64,000 nucleotides of DNA from Sedimentisphaerales bacterium (GTDB lineage Bacteria; Planctomycetota; Phycisphaerae; Sedimentisphaerales; SM23-30), in assembly GCA_963663805.2 (NCBI GenBank), contig CAXXMR010000008.1, forward strand, positions 32,001 through 96,000, given 5' to 3'. Of this stretch, positions 20,527 through 30,290 are shown piece by piece. A program made the translations under genes and the position numbers. The notes below the pieces were generated by a model. The model was not told the DNA's origin and did no database searches. It saw nothing but the letters and a program-made list of their open reading frames with translations. Every line of letters begins with the position of its first letter. Position 1 is the first letter of the stretch.

Positions 20527-22095
20527 TTAAGAAGATTTTGGCAAAGTTACATGGAAGGTTGTCCCTTTTCCCTGTACGGAATCGAACCAGACCTCGCCGG
20601 CGTATTTGAAGACGATTCTTTCGAGTATTGTCAGGCCGAGCCCCGTGCCCTGGCCGATGGGTTTGGTGGTGAAAAAGGACGTAAAAGCTTTAAGTTGGGT
20701 TTCGGGTGACATGCCGCCGCAATCGTCTTCGAAGGTAAGTTCGATTTCCTTTTGGTTGTGCTTTCCAGAAATAACAAGTTTGTGCGGTTCATTTCCGTCG
20801 GCGGCCTGTATGGCATTCTGGATAATGATGAATAAAATCTGTTCGATATCAGCGTTGTCAATCTTGAGCTGGGGGAGATTATCGAGGTTGTTGATGACGA
20901 GTTCCATTCTTGCTCTTCGGGCGTTTTCGGTTAGTGCCGCTGTGATTCGCTGGGCGACATGGTTCAGTGAGAGATTCTCAAGCGACTGGCCGGTGCTGCT
21001 GCGGGTTATGGCGCCGTATCTGGTGATAAGTGAGATGGCGTTCTCGATTTCGCTTAGGCTGTCGGTGAGATTCTCAATAATTTCGGGACACTCAATTTTA
21101 TATTCGCGGATTTGGGCGATGGTGTCCTGCATTAACAGGCGAATAACGGTTAGGGGCTGGTTGAGTTGGTGGGCCATGGTTGCTGACATGGTTCCGAGCG
21201 AGGCCAGTCGTTCGGCTCTAATCATTTCCTGGTGATATGCGTTGAGTTCATCTTCAAGTTCTCGCTGTTCGGTTATGTCTCGACCGACCCCCTGGATTTC
21301 GATAAGATTGTTTTGGGAGTCGAAAAAAGCAGTTCCGTCCCACTCAATCCAACGCCAGCCATTGACGGACATGACTCTCTGGGCAAAGACTACGTGATGA
21401 GGTGGGGTGATGAGTTTTTCCAATGTGGCAAGAGTATGGGGCAGGTCGTCTTCGTGGATGAGGGGCAGAAATGAGCGGCCGAGGAGTTCTTCCTTTTTCT
21501 TTCCGAACATGCGGCAGTAAGCTTCATTGACAAAGGTAAGTTTTTTTTGGGCATCAGATCGGGCGATGAGTTCGTGCTGCGACTGGAGCAGGTCGAGATA
21601 GCGTTGCTCGCTGCAGCGGAGTTTTTCTTCGGCTTGTTTTCGGTCGGTGATGTCACGGAGATATACAGCGACAAAACGAAGATTTTGTTTATCGTCAAAG
21701 ATCGGGGTGGCGAGGGTGTCATAATCGCCGTAGAGTCCCTCATCGGTGTATATAATGGGTTTTTGGTTTCGGAGAATTTTGTCGAAGATTTTTTTTCTTC
21801 GCGCATTGATTTTCGGCGGGAAAAACTTCGCCAGCGGTTGACCGGTAAGCTGGTCCGCCTCCAGAGCCATTTTTTTGAGTATGGTATGATTGGCCGCCAC
21901 AACATTCGCCTGAAGGTCGAGCAGAAAGATTCCTTCCATAGAGGAATCAAATATCTGACGCAAGAGCGACTCGGAGTTTCGGAAGTCCCGGACCAGGTCA
22001 GTGATGTCGAGGTGCCGATTTCGCAGTTCGGCAATTTCCCTTTTGAGGGACTCGATTTCCTGCCGGAGTTGCGGGATAGTTTTCTCCGATTCCAT
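20527..22095 (-). CDS. Cytoplasmic PAS-PAS sensor histidine kinase
   Basis: Two PAS/PAC domains (RDIT motifs), H-box MAHQLNQPL, N-box QNAIQA, G1 DDCGG, FFTTK..G.GTGLGL. Confidence 0.92.
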   Translation of the reverse strand: MESEKTIPQLRQEIESLKREIAELRNRHLDITDLVRDFRNSESLLRQIFDSSMEGIFLLDLQANVVAANHTILKKMALEADQLTGQPLAKFFPPKINARRKKIFDKILRNQKPIIYTDEGLYGDYDTLATPIFDDKQNLRFVAVYLRDITDRKQAEEKLRCSEQRYLDLLQSQHELIARSDAQKKLTFVNEAYCRMFGKKKEELLGRSFLPLIHEDDLPHTLATLEKLITPPHHVVFAQRVMSVNGWRWIEWDGTAFFDSQNNLIEIQGVGRDITEQRELEDELNAYHQEMIRAERLASLGTMSATMAHQLNQPLTVIRLLMQDTIAQIREYKIECPEIIENLTDSLSEIENAISLITRYGAITRSSTGQSLENLSLNHVAQRITAALTENARRARMELVINNLDNLPQLKIDNADIEQILFIIIQNAIQAADGNEPHKLVISGKHNQKEIELTFEDDCGGMSPETQLKAFTSFFTTKPIGQGTGLGLTILERIVFKYAGEVWFDSVQGKGTTFHVTLPKSS

Positions 22096-22110
22096 TCTTG
22101 CTGCCTTGTA

Positions 22111-23055
22111 TTATGCACCGGCGGCCTGGGCGAGGTCTTGTTTCATGTCGATGCAGGCCTGTTCGATGCATTTTTCCCAGTTGGTGCCGAATTGCTGGAT
22201 GTACTTGGGGTTTTCGTAGGCGTAAATAATGGAGCGACTGGCGCTGATAATTGCGCCGGTGCCGTCGTCTTTAAGAAAGTTAAGGCAGTCAGCGGCGGTG
22301 GCACCCTGAGCGCCATAACCGGGGACAAGGAAATTAATATGCGGGTACTGGTCGCGCAGTTGTTTGGCTTGAGCTGCCGCGGTGCCGCCTACGACCATGC
22401 CGATATTACTCAGGCCGCAGGTTCCCATGTGCTGGGGTTGGCAGGCGAGGGTAGCGACCTGTTCGGCGAGCAACTCGAAAAATGTTTTGCCGTCGGCGTT
22501 GGCGAAATCCTGGAGCAGAGCGGCCGAGGGATTGCTGGCACGGACCCAGACAAAAATACCTTTGCCCTGAGCGTCCGCGGCGGCGGCGAATGGTTCGATG
22601 CCGTCGGTGCCGGCAAAACCGTTGACGGTGATGGCGTCGCCGGTGACGAAACCTTCCATGTCAACGAATTCGGGGTTCTGGAGGTGGGCCTGGGCATAAG
22701 CCTGAGCGGTCGAGCCGATATCGCCGCGTTTTACGTCAGCGATGACTTCGAGGCCGAGACTGTCGGCTTCCTGGAGAAGGCCATAGAAGGTTTCGACACC
22801 TTCCCAGAGGTATTTCTCGAAAAAGGCGATGTTGAGCTTTACCGCGGGGACCAGCGGGGCGACGATTCTCATAACCTTCTGGGAGAACTCGAATAACGCG
22901 TCTACGGCAGCGGCTACGTCGGTTTCGTCGTTGAGGTCTTTACGCTCGATGATTTTTTTGGGAAGTTTGTTATAGGTAGGGTCGATGCCCACGATAGCGG
23001 GCGTGCCTTTGGTTTTGATGGCCTGGGTGAGGCGGTCGGCGAAATTGCTGGACAC
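22111..23055 (-). CDS. pyrF: Orotidine 5'-phosphate decarboxylase (type 2)
   Basis: VGIDP, AVKLNIAFFE, DVKRGDIGSTAQAYA, FLVPGYGAQG, SASRSI. Start uncertain (GTG 23055 or ATG 23070). Confidence 0.93.
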   Translation of the reverse strand: MSSNFADRLTQAIKTKGTPAIVGIDPTYNKLPKKIIERKDLNDETDVAAAVDALFEFSQKVMRIVAPLVPAVKLNIAFFEKYLWEGVETFYGLLQEADSLGLEVIADVKRGDIGSTAQAYAQAHLQNPEFVDMEGFVTGDAITVNGFAGTDGIEPFAAAADAQGKGIFVWVRASNPSAALLQDFANADGKTFFELLAEQVATLACQPQHMGTCGLSNIGMVVGGTAAAQAKQLRDQYPHINFLVPGYGAQGATAADCLNFLKDDGTGAIISASRSIIYAYENPKYIQQFGTNWEKCIEQACIDMKQDLAQAAGA

Positions 23056-23310
23056 GGTTAAGCCTTTCATTTTCAATAGTTTAAGAAGCATATGGGCTTC
23101 TTGCTGCATACAAAAACGTTCTGTAGGGGGTTAATGATAAGGCTGGGAGGTGGGCATTGCAAAGGTGAATCTGGGTAAAATAAGGATTTTTGGGAAAAAG
23201 TTAGTTGACTACGCATAGTTTGTATTACATAATATATTAAGCAAGGCATAGCCGGCGGCGACGGGTTTATTTAAGGAAAAATTACAGAACTATTTTGCAG
23301 GAGTTTTGAT

Positions 23311-23649
23311 ATGAAATTTGAACGTGAGTTGTTGAAGGGTGTGGCACCGGTGGTGGTGCTTGAGATTTTGTCGCGGGGGGCGATGTATGGTTATGAACTT
23401 TCCGAGGCGGTCGAGCAGCGGAGCGATAAGGTGCTTTCCTTGGGGCGGGGTACGCTTTATCCCCTGCTTTATAATCTGGAGGCCAAGGGGCTGGTGACGG
23501 CCGAATGGCAGGAGTCGGAGAGCGGGCGGAAGCGGCGATATTACAGTATTACGAGTAAAGGTAAGGAGACGCTGGCTAGCCAGAAGGAGCAGTGGCAGGA
23601 ATTGCATCGCGGCGTGGGCTTGGTGTTTGGGCTGCGGCCGGCGTTTTAG
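23311..23649 (+). CDS. PadR-family transcriptional regulator
   Basis: LLKG..VL..L....YGYEL, GTLYPLLYNLE..G, GRKRRYYSIT..G. GGAG RBS. Confidence 0.92.
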   Translation: MKFERELLKGVAPVVVLEILSRGAMYGYELSEAVEQRSDKVLSLGRGTLYPLLYNLEAKGLVTAEWQESESGRKRRYYSITSKGKETLASQKEQWQELHRGVGLVFGLRPAF

Positions 23650-23700
23650 TTTAGAGATAAAATATTGGCAGAAAAAAGTGAGCGAAAGGGTGTGGATAGT

Positions 23701-25350
23701 ATGAAAAATAAGGGGCATGATTGTGCGGATTTGCCGTTGGTGGTGCAAGATTATATTGAGCTGGTGGTTCGTAAGGTTCGGTATCGGCGAGTGGTGCGTA
23801 ATGAGGTTCGGGCGGAGTTGGCGGGGCATTTTCGGGACGCGCTGGCGGGGTGTGAGGTTGAGACGGAGCGTGAGGAGCGGGCGCGGGAATTGATTGCGGG
23901 GTTTGGGGATGTTAAGGTTCTGGCCAATCTTATTCGGCGGGGGAAGAAGCGGTGTCGGGCATGGTGGCGGACGGTGATTGTGCGGATGTTTCAGGTGGTG
24001 GGGGTTATATTGCTTTTGATTGTATTGAGGGCAGCTTCGTTGTCGATTGGAACAGTAAACATAAGTGTTGATTATCTAGAGAAATTGAAACAGTTAAATT
24101 CGCAAGGCTATTCTCCTGAGGACAATGCGTTTAGATGCTATCAAGAAGCGGCGCGGATACTGAATGAAGCACGGTCTGAAGTTATAGATGATATAGTAGA
24201 TTTCGACTGGCCTGACGAGCTTGATACGGAGAATGTAGAAGATTGGACGGCCTTTCTGCAGAAATCAGAAGCGGGGTTTGAATTATTGACTGAAGGGGCA
24301 CGCAGGCCTTACTATTTTTGTTCCCGCGAGGAATATGGTGTTGATTTTCCACTTCCGCAGAGTCTATTCTTTACGTCTGATTATCAACCGTTGCTAAACA
24401 CATTATTTTTCATGGATTCTATGGGGGATAATCGTTATTTGGCTAAAGCGATGACGGCGCGGGGTAAATGGAGGATTCATAACGGCGATATTGAAGGTGG
24501 TTTTTCGGATTTACTGATGGTATATAGACTGGGCGGTCATCTTACCGGTAAGCATTTTTTGATTGAGCAGTTGACGGGTCTGGCGATCGTTGAACTTGTT
24601 GATAATGCCGTCAAAGAAGCTTTGTCGCAAAATACATTTTCTTCTGAAGTTTTGCAGTGGGTCCAGGAGGAGATTAAACGGTCGTCGAAAAGTATCGAGT
24701 TTGAAATAGATTTTGACGCGGAAAGATTCATTCATCTGGATTTTGTGCAAAGCAGTTTTACGGATTCGGGTGATGGCACAGGTCGGCCTTTACGGGGAGG
24801 TGGGATTGTTGCTTCAGTTGGGGGAGTCGGTGATTTTCTGAAGTATTTTATGACCGGTTTCCCCGGCCGCAGTGAGGTTGTAGGGCAAATAAACAAGTGT
24901 TATAATTTACTGGATGAGTTGGGAGATGATTATGCTGTTGACAAGAGGGGGGCTGTTAAAGAAAAATTTAGCAGGATACATGAATTGGCCAAAGGTAGTT
25001 TTATGCTTTCGTTGTCAATGCCGGCATTTGAAAAGACTACAACATTAAGTTTGCAGAGTAGGGCAGGAAATGAATCTGTTTGTGTTTTGTTGTCGCTGGC
25101 GAGATATAAGCTTGAAAATAATGAATACCCCGATGCTTTGAGTGAACTGGTTAAGGGGGGATATATTGATTTTATTCCGAAAGATCCATTTGCTTTAGGA
25201 GAGCTGAGCTATCGGCGGACAGGTGATGGATTTGTGCTTTATAGTTACGGGGAGGATTCTGACGATGACGGCGGAGTGGAAACAGAGGATGACAGGTGGG
25301 GAGGGAAAAAGGGCGGTGACAGGGTTTTCTGGCCGGTTACAAAAAAGTGA
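23701..25350 (+). CDS. PadR-associated membrane-anchored protein with N-terminal permease-prefix/HAAS-like domain and C-terminal GspG-like motif
   Basis: EVRAELAGHFRD...A..LIAGFGD...LA N-terminus, one TM segment, C-terminal YPDALSELV...IPKDPF...LYSYGEDSDDDGG. Confidence 0.65.
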   Translation: MKNKGHDCADLPLVVQDYIELVVRKVRYRRVVRNEVRAELAGHFRDALAGCEVETEREERARELIAGFGDVKVLANLIRRGKKRCRAWWRTVIVRMFQVVGVILLLIVLRAASLSIGTVNISVDYLEKLKQLNSQGYSPEDNAFRCYQEAARILNEARSEVIDDIVDFDWPDELDTENVEDWTAFLQKSEAGFELLTEGARRPYYFCSREEYGVDFPLPQSLFFTSDYQPLLNTLFFMDSMGDNRYLAKAMTARGKWRIHNGDIEGGFSDLLMVYRLGGHLTGKHFLIEQLTGLAIVELVDNAVKEALSQNTFSSEVLQWVQEEIKRSSKSIEFEIDFDAERFIHLDFVQSSFTDSGDGTGRPLRGGGIVASVGGVGDFLKYFMTGFPGRSEVVGQINKCYNLLDELGDDYAVDKRGAVKEKFSRIHELAKGSFMLSLSMPAFEKTTTLSLQSRAGNESVCVLLSLARYKLENNEYPDALSELVKGGYIDFIPKDPFALGELSYRRTGDGFVLYSYGEDSDDDGGVETEDDRWGGKKGGDRVFWPVTKK

Positions 25351-25363
25351 GAATGTAATGGTT

Positions 25364-26773
25364 TTAATAGGCGTTTTTGCCGAAGATTTCTTTCAGGACT
25401 TTCCAGCCTCTTTGTTCTATGTTCTGCCATTGTTCGTCGTTGAAGAAATCGAAGGCTCGCCATTTTTCGGATAGTTCATCGGCCAGGGCGCGTAGGTTGG
25501 GGTTGTCGAACAGTACGGTTAATCTTCGCCCGACGAATTTTGATGAGAAGGTGATGCGGTGGAGCAGGGTGCGGGTTTTTTCGTCGTGCCAGGGGGCGTT
25601 GCAGTTGTGACGGTCGAAGTCGGCCCAGCCGGCGAGGGTCTCAGGCATCTGGTCTTCGAACATTTCACCAATTTCGGTGCCGGGGTAGGGGGCCAGAGTA
25701 TAAAAAGTGTTATTCATGGCGATGGGGTTTTCGTCGAGCAGACGCATGGCGAACTGAACGGTCATTCTTATATCATCATGAGTCTCCTGCGGGAAGCCAA
25801 CCATATAATTGTACCAGGAGTCGATGCCGGTTTGGGCGAGCATCTGATTGAGCTGGAGGAATTGTTCGACGGTTTCTTCTTTTCTGATGGCCTTCAAGAT
25901 GCGGGGTGAGCCGCTTTCGATACCGATGCCGAGATGGATCAGCCCCATGTCTTCGAGATAGTTGAGGTCTGTTTTGAGCAGACCGTCGGCGCGGGCCTGG
26001 ATTGCCCATTTGAATTTGCCGTTGACCCCGGCAGCGAGCTGGTTGAGCAGCTTGACGTTTACAGAAAGATTTTCATCGTGAAAAAATATGCCGTCGAGAT
26101 GATACTCTTCAACGAGTTCGTCAAGTTGGGCCAGTGCGGTTTCGACAGTCATTTTTCGCCAGCCGAGTGATTTGTTCAGGGCGGGGTTGCAGCAGAATGT
26201 ACACTTATAGGGACAGCCGCGACTGAAAAGGAAGGGCAGAGATCGGCCGGGCAGGGCGGCGATGTTGATGTATTCTTCCACGTTAATGAGATCGTAGGGT
26301 AGCAGGCCGATAGTGTCGAGGTTAACCGGCTCAAAATCCGCGGAGGTCATTACCGGCGGGATGGGTTGGCCGGTGGTTAGTTTTTTGAGGAATTCTTTGA
26401 ACACGATTTCACCGTCGCCGCTGATAACGTAGTCGATGAGAGGATCCTGCTGGGTCTGCTGCGGATGGAGGCCTGCGTGTATGCCGCCCATGACTGTAAC
26501 AGCGGCGGAATCTTTAGCGATCTGGGCGAGTTCGCGGGCGTATTTGATTTGCTTGCCGGTAAAGCTGGAGATGCCGACGCAGATGGGGTTACGACTAAGT
26601 AGTTCCTCATAACGGCTGATGGGTTCGAGGCGATGGTCGTAGATAGCGATTTCGTATTCGTCCTGGAGTACCGCGGCAAGATAGAGCAGTGAGACCGGAG
26701 GCTGGAGGCTTACACCTTTGGCTTCGGCGTTCATTTTGGGATAGGCCAGCAGGACAAGTTTTTTTTGTGTCAC
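25364..26773 (-). CDS. Cobalamin-binding radical SAM enzyme (class B methyltransferase-like)
   Basis: N-terminal B12-binding region (PPVSLLYLAAVL..VGISS..GGIHA), SRGCPYKCTFC, GIESGSPRILKAIRK, YMVGFP.ET, PYPGT. Confidence 0.88.
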   Translation of the reverse strand: MTQKKLVLLAYPKMNAEAKGVSLQPPVSLLYLAAVLQDEYEIAIYDHRLEPISRYEELLSRNPICVGISSFTGKQIKYARELAQIAKDSAAVTVMGGIHAGLHPQQTQQDPLIDYVISGDGEIVFKEFLKKLTTGQPIPPVMTSADFEPVNLDTIGLLPYDLINVEEYINIAALPGRSLPFLFSRGCPYKCTFCCNPALNKSLGWRKMTVETALAQLDELVEEYHLDGIFFHDENLSVNVKLLNQLAAGVNGKFKWAIQARADGLLKTDLNYLEDMGLIHLGIGIESGSPRILKAIRKEETVEQFLQLNQMLAQTGIDSWYNYMVGFPQETHDDIRMTVQFAMRLLDENPIAMNNTFYTLAPYPGTEIGEMFEDQMPETLAGWADFDRHNCNAPWHDEKTRTLLHRITFSSKFVGRRLTVLFDNPNLRALADELSEKWRAFDFFNDEQWQNIEQRGWKVLKEIFGKNAY

Positions 26774-26787
26774 GATGTTATACCTTT

Positions 26788-27279
26788 TTATACTCTCAGG
26801 TAGCCGGATTTATCGTCGTTGATCCATTTTTTGACGAGGGCAGTAAAGTCGGTGTTTGGTTCGTAGGGATTGTAGGTTTTCAGGCCGATGAGGTTCATTA
26901 TTTCCAAATCGTTTTGGCCGCAGCAGTGTGAAGGACCTAGTTTTTGGAAGTAATCATTGACGCCGGTAGCGATAAATTTTACATTGAGGTTCTGAAGCAC
27001 AACATCGTTGCGGATTTGTTCAATGGCACGGAAGGCCAGGAAATTTACGATGGAATAAACGATAGGAACCATGCCGGCCATACTCATGCCGGCGGCAATG
27101 CCTACAGTGGCTTGTTCCATGATACCGGAATTGATGATGCGGTTGGGGAAGTGGGTTTTTAGTTTGTCGATAGCACCGAAACCCATATCGCCGGCCAGCA
27201 GAAAGTAGCGTTCGTCACGTGCGAAGTCGTCTATGATGGTATCGAGGATGATTTTGCGGTAGTTATTCATAGGCGGCAC
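26788..27279 (-). CDS. Transketolase-like beta subunit (pyrimidine-binding domain only, 163 aa)
   Basis: LAGDMGFG, RIINSGIMEQ..VG.AAG, RAIEQIRNDV, LGPSH. Ends without the usual C-terminal domain. Confidence 0.85.
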   Translation of the reverse strand: MPPMNNYRKIILDTIIDDFARDERYFLLAGDMGFGAIDKLKTHFPNRIINSGIMEQATVGIAAGMSMAGMVPIVYSIVNFLAFRAIEQIRNDVVLQNLNVKFIATGVNDYFQKLGPSHCCGQNDLEIMNLIGLKTYNPYEPNTDFTALVKKWINDDKSGYLRV

Positions 27280-28078
27280 CTCCGGCCTTTAGCTCGTCGG
27301 GGGTGGGCAGGCGAAAATGAAATTGAGGGACATTTTCCATCGCCTTCAGGCCGTAACCTTTGGTGGTTTGGGCTACCAGGCAGTTTGGAGTATCGGACGA
27401 ACTGTGTTTGAGTACATGCAGCATTTCCGCCAAAGCTTCTGTGTCATGACCGGGCGCGATTTGAGGCTCTAGCCAGAACCCTTTAATACGCTCAATAAGG
27501 TCGCTGGCATGGTTATCCATTACGTCGCGGATGAAATCCATGGCCTGAAGATTATTCTGGTCGATGATGATGGTAAGATTATTAAGTTTGTGTTTGGTCG
27601 CGAACAGTAGCGCTTCCCAGCAGGTGCCTTCCTGCATCTCGCCATCGCCGACAAGGCAGAATATATGGTAGCTGTCCCCTCTTAATTTGGCGGCGTAGGC
27701 AATGCCGACCGCCATAGGCAGGCCGTGGCCCAGTGAACCGCAGCCAGCTTCGATACCATAATCAAGATTTCGTTCGGCACAGCCTTTCAAGTCGCTTTTG
27801 TCGGTATAGAAGTCCTTCCATTTCTGTTTGGGCAGAGTGCCGATGTCGGCGAGGATACTGTAGAGGGCGTAGCAGCCGTGGCTTTTAGAAAGTATCAGAC
27901 GGTCACGTTCGCCCCAGTGCGGGTCGTCAGGGCAGTAGTTCATTGCCGAATAATAGAGAGCGACGAGGATGTCAACCGTGGAAAGCGAAGGGGCGATATG
28001 GCCTGCTTCGTTTCGGAAGGCGGTTTCTATCACGTCGCGTCTGATTTGCCCAGCTTTATGTTTTAGGTTTACTGACAT
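27263..28078 (-). CDS. Transketolase-like alpha (ThDP-binding) subunit
   Basis: GHIAPSLS, RDRLILSKSH, GSLGHGLP, ThDP motif GDGEMQEG...NN, T.KG.G. Confidence 0.9.
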   Translation of the reverse strand: MSVNLKHKAGQIRRDVIETAFRNEAGHIAPSLSTVDILVALYYSAMNYCPDDPHWGERDRLILSKSHGCYALYSILADIGTLPKQKWKDFYTDKSDLKGCAERNLDYGIEAGCGSLGHGLPMAVGIAYAAKLRGDSYHIFCLVGDGEMQEGTCWEALLFATKHKLNNLTIIIDQNNLQAMDFIRDVMDNHASDLIERIKGFWLEPQIAPGHDTEALAEMLHVLKHSSSDTPNCLVAQTTKGYGLKAMENVPQFHFRLPTPDELKAGGAAYE

Positions 28079-28085
28079 ATTGATT

Positions 28086-29159
28086 TCAAATGAAGTTTAC
28101 GTGTTCTGGCGGATGGCGAAGTTCCCAGAGGTATTGGTTGATTTTATCCATGCGGCAGTTGACCCGGCAGAGGGATGAATCCATATGATTATGGACCATG
28201 TCGAGTGATTTCTGGCGTTTTTCACCGTGCCAGATTTCGGCGAAGGCTTGTTCGTTGATATTACCGTAGTAGAATTTATCGTCGCCGAGGAACATGCTGC
28301 ATCCCCAGACATTGCCGCCCGTGTCGATATAGGACCAGAAAGGCAGGGCCAGGCAGTGTTGGTAAGTATGGCCGGAATCATCCCATTGTCGCATTGATTG
28401 ACTGCGATAGATTACTCGGAACGATTCGGTGTTGTATTGCTGAAGTTTTTCTTCCAGATATTCAAAGTCGGAATATTTAATGTTTTCGTAAATACGGGTC
28501 TTGCTGAGCGGATGCTGGGAGTAGGGTTTGATGACCAGATAGTCCATACCTATTTCACGGGCGAGTTGAGCGAGCAGTTCCGCTTCGTGGTGATTATCAG
28601 GTAATAAAAGCAGTTGCATACCCAGGGTGCACTTGTAGCCGTGTGCCTTACGGATTTGGACAGCGGCAGTCAGGTTGTCGATAGTCTGCTGGAAGTCGGA
28701 TTCCTGACAGCGATGGATTTTTGCGTAGGTTTCAGCCTTGGCACCGTTGATGCTGATTTTAATCCATTGTGATGTTGCCAGCAGCGGCGGGGCGATTTTA
28801 GGGTTGAGCAGTACACCGTTGGTGGTAAAAGCGGTATCGATATCGGCATCGTAAGCGGCTTGGTTAATCTGGGCCATATCGGGATGGAGCAGCGGTTCAC
28901 CTTCACCGGCGAACATCACACTTTTTAGTCCGAGCCGACCTAGTTCTTTGAGCCGTTCGATGATAATATCGGTATCAAGATAACGGCGCTTGTATTCCAT
29001 AAAATCTAAAGCACAATAGGTGCAACGATGATTGCAGGCGCCGGAAGGACTCAGCTCCATATAAATTGGGTAAACATCCTCCCCAGCCAGCCAGTCATTG
29101 ACACGCGGCAAGTGATAGAGAAGTTTGTGGCTATCAATTTTGTATTTGTCGGTGCTCAT
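28086..29159 (-). CDS. Radical SAM protein with C-terminal SPASM/Twitch domain
   Basis: CNHRCTYC, GEGEPLLH, TTNG, C-terminal CLALPF..IDTGGNVWGC..GNI...C.VNC. Confidence 0.88.
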   Translation of the reverse strand: MSTDKYKIDSHKLLYHLPRVNDWLAGEDVYPIYMELSPSGACNHRCTYCALDFMEYKRRYLDTDIIIERLKELGRLGLKSVMFAGEGEPLLHPDMAQINQAAYDADIDTAFTTNGVLLNPKIAPPLLATSQWIKISINGAKAETYAKIHRCQESDFQQTIDNLTAAVQIRKAHGYKCTLGMQLLLLPDNHHEAELLAQLAREIGMDYLVIKPYSQHPLSKTRIYENIKYSDFEYLEEKLQQYNTESFRVIYRSQSMRQWDDSGHTYQHCLALPFWSYIDTGGNVWGCSMFLGDDKFYYGNINEQAFAEIWHGEKRQKSLDMVHNHMDSSLCRVNCRMDKINQYLWELRHPPEHVNFI

Positions 29160-29218
29160 GATTAATCTGTCTAAAGCTGTTTTTTGCAAAATGGGCGTAA
29201 TGCAACTATATGATATAG

Positions 29219-29246
29219 TTATCGGATGTTTGGGTGGTTATTCTGA
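29219..29246 (-). promoter_or_regulatory. sigma28-like promoter upstream of the radical SAM/transketolase operon
   Basis: Minus strand TCAG-N16-TCCGATAA, about 60 bp before ATG 29159. Confidence 0.55.
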
Positions 29247-29297
29247 AAAAACGGCCCAGTGAGATTCTGTTTTGATAAGTTTATATTTCCAAAGAAC

Positions 29298-30008
29298 TTA
29301 CCATTGGTCGAAGTCTTCTACATATTCCATTAGGCCGTCGCGGTCGAGGATTTTTATGGTTCGGTAGCCGGTGTCGATAAGGCCTTTGTCACGGAAGTCG
29401 GCGAGGACGCGGCTGACGGTTTCGCGACTGACTCCCATTCTAATAGCTAAATCCTTGTGGGTAAGCTCTTTGCTGGTTGTGAGGCTGGCCGGCAGCAGGT
29501 CGTTGCGACGCTGCTGAAGGAGCATTCTGGCCAGGCGGGTGTGGGCGTTTTCGAAGGTGGCCCGTTCCAGGTCGCGGGTGAGGCTAAAGATAGCGTGGGC
29601 CATGGTTTGCATGAGTCGGTAGCAGATTTCAGCGTGGCTGAGCAGGAACTTCTGGAGCGAGTTCTGGCTGATGGCGAGGATGGTGGTATCCCTGTCAGCT
29701 ACTAGAGTTACGGCACTGGTGGCCCCGGTAATCATTTCTGCCAAGCCGAAATGGAAGCCGGGTTTGATGATACTTAGCAGCTTTTCACTGCCTGACGCAC
29801 TGCCGCGTACACTTCTGATTTGGCCATCGTAAACAAGTGTGAAGAAAGTTACCTTTTGACCTTGGAGCCATAACATTGAGTCTTTAGGGAACTTACGGGT
29901 GACGGCGAGCTGGGCCAGGGCGTGGAGATGCTCTGGGTCGAGCCTCTGGAATGCCCATATATTTTGCAGGAACTTCTCTTTTTCGAGAGTTGAGGGTTCT
30001 TTTGTCAT
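29298..30008 (-). CDS. Crp/Fnr-family transcriptional regulator
   Basis: cNMP-binding beta-barrel (G.EKLL..I.PG.HFG), HTH LTHKDLA..MGVSRETVSRVL with CRP-type RE...R residues. No Fnr Cys cluster. Confidence 0.9.
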   Translation of the reverse strand: MTKEPSTLEKEKFLQNIWAFQRLDPEHLHALAQLAVTRKFPKDSMLWLQGQKVTFFTLVYDGQIRSVRGSASGSEKLLSIIKPGFHFGLAEMITGATSAVTLVADRDTTILAISQNSLQKFLLSHAEICYRLMQTMAHAIFSLTRDLERATFENAHTRLARMLLQQRRNDLLPASLTTSKELTHKDLAIRMGVSRETVSRVLADFRDKGLIDTGYRTIKILDRDGLMEYVEDFDQW

Positions 30009-30075
30009 GATTATACCGCCTATATTGCTCGCATGTACCAACTTTATATTAAATCAGGAGTTATGGCAAGATTAT

Positions 30076-30118
30076 TGTGACGCAAATCACATATATATAT
30101 GTCAAAATTTCATAAGAT
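30076..30118 (+). promoter_or_regulatory. CRP-type binding site plus downstream -10 element (class II geometry) for fhs
   Basis: TGTGA-CGCAAA-TCACA at 30076-30091 and TAAGAT at 30113-30118. Confidence 0.75.
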
Positions 30119-30290
30119 AGTCAGCTGAGTAAGGGTGTCGATGCGGGAAAAAGGCCTATTTTTCGGCGCGAAAATGCCTGATTTGACGTAAAAATACGAG
30201 TTTTTTTGAAAAATTTTAGTTTTTATTGAGTTTTTAGCCAAAAATTTGCGTTTTTGGTTAGCTTCAGCGAGAAATTACATGGAAATTATA

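Noticed and set aside
21547..22896. 449-aa plus-strand ORF
   Set aside because: Antisense shadow of the histidine kinase and pyrF, with no recognisable motifs.
25364..29159. Radical SAM/SPASM cluster as a RiPP locus
   Set aside because: No precursor peptide, RRE, peptidase or transporter is adjacent. The transketolase pair points to carbohydrate chemistry.
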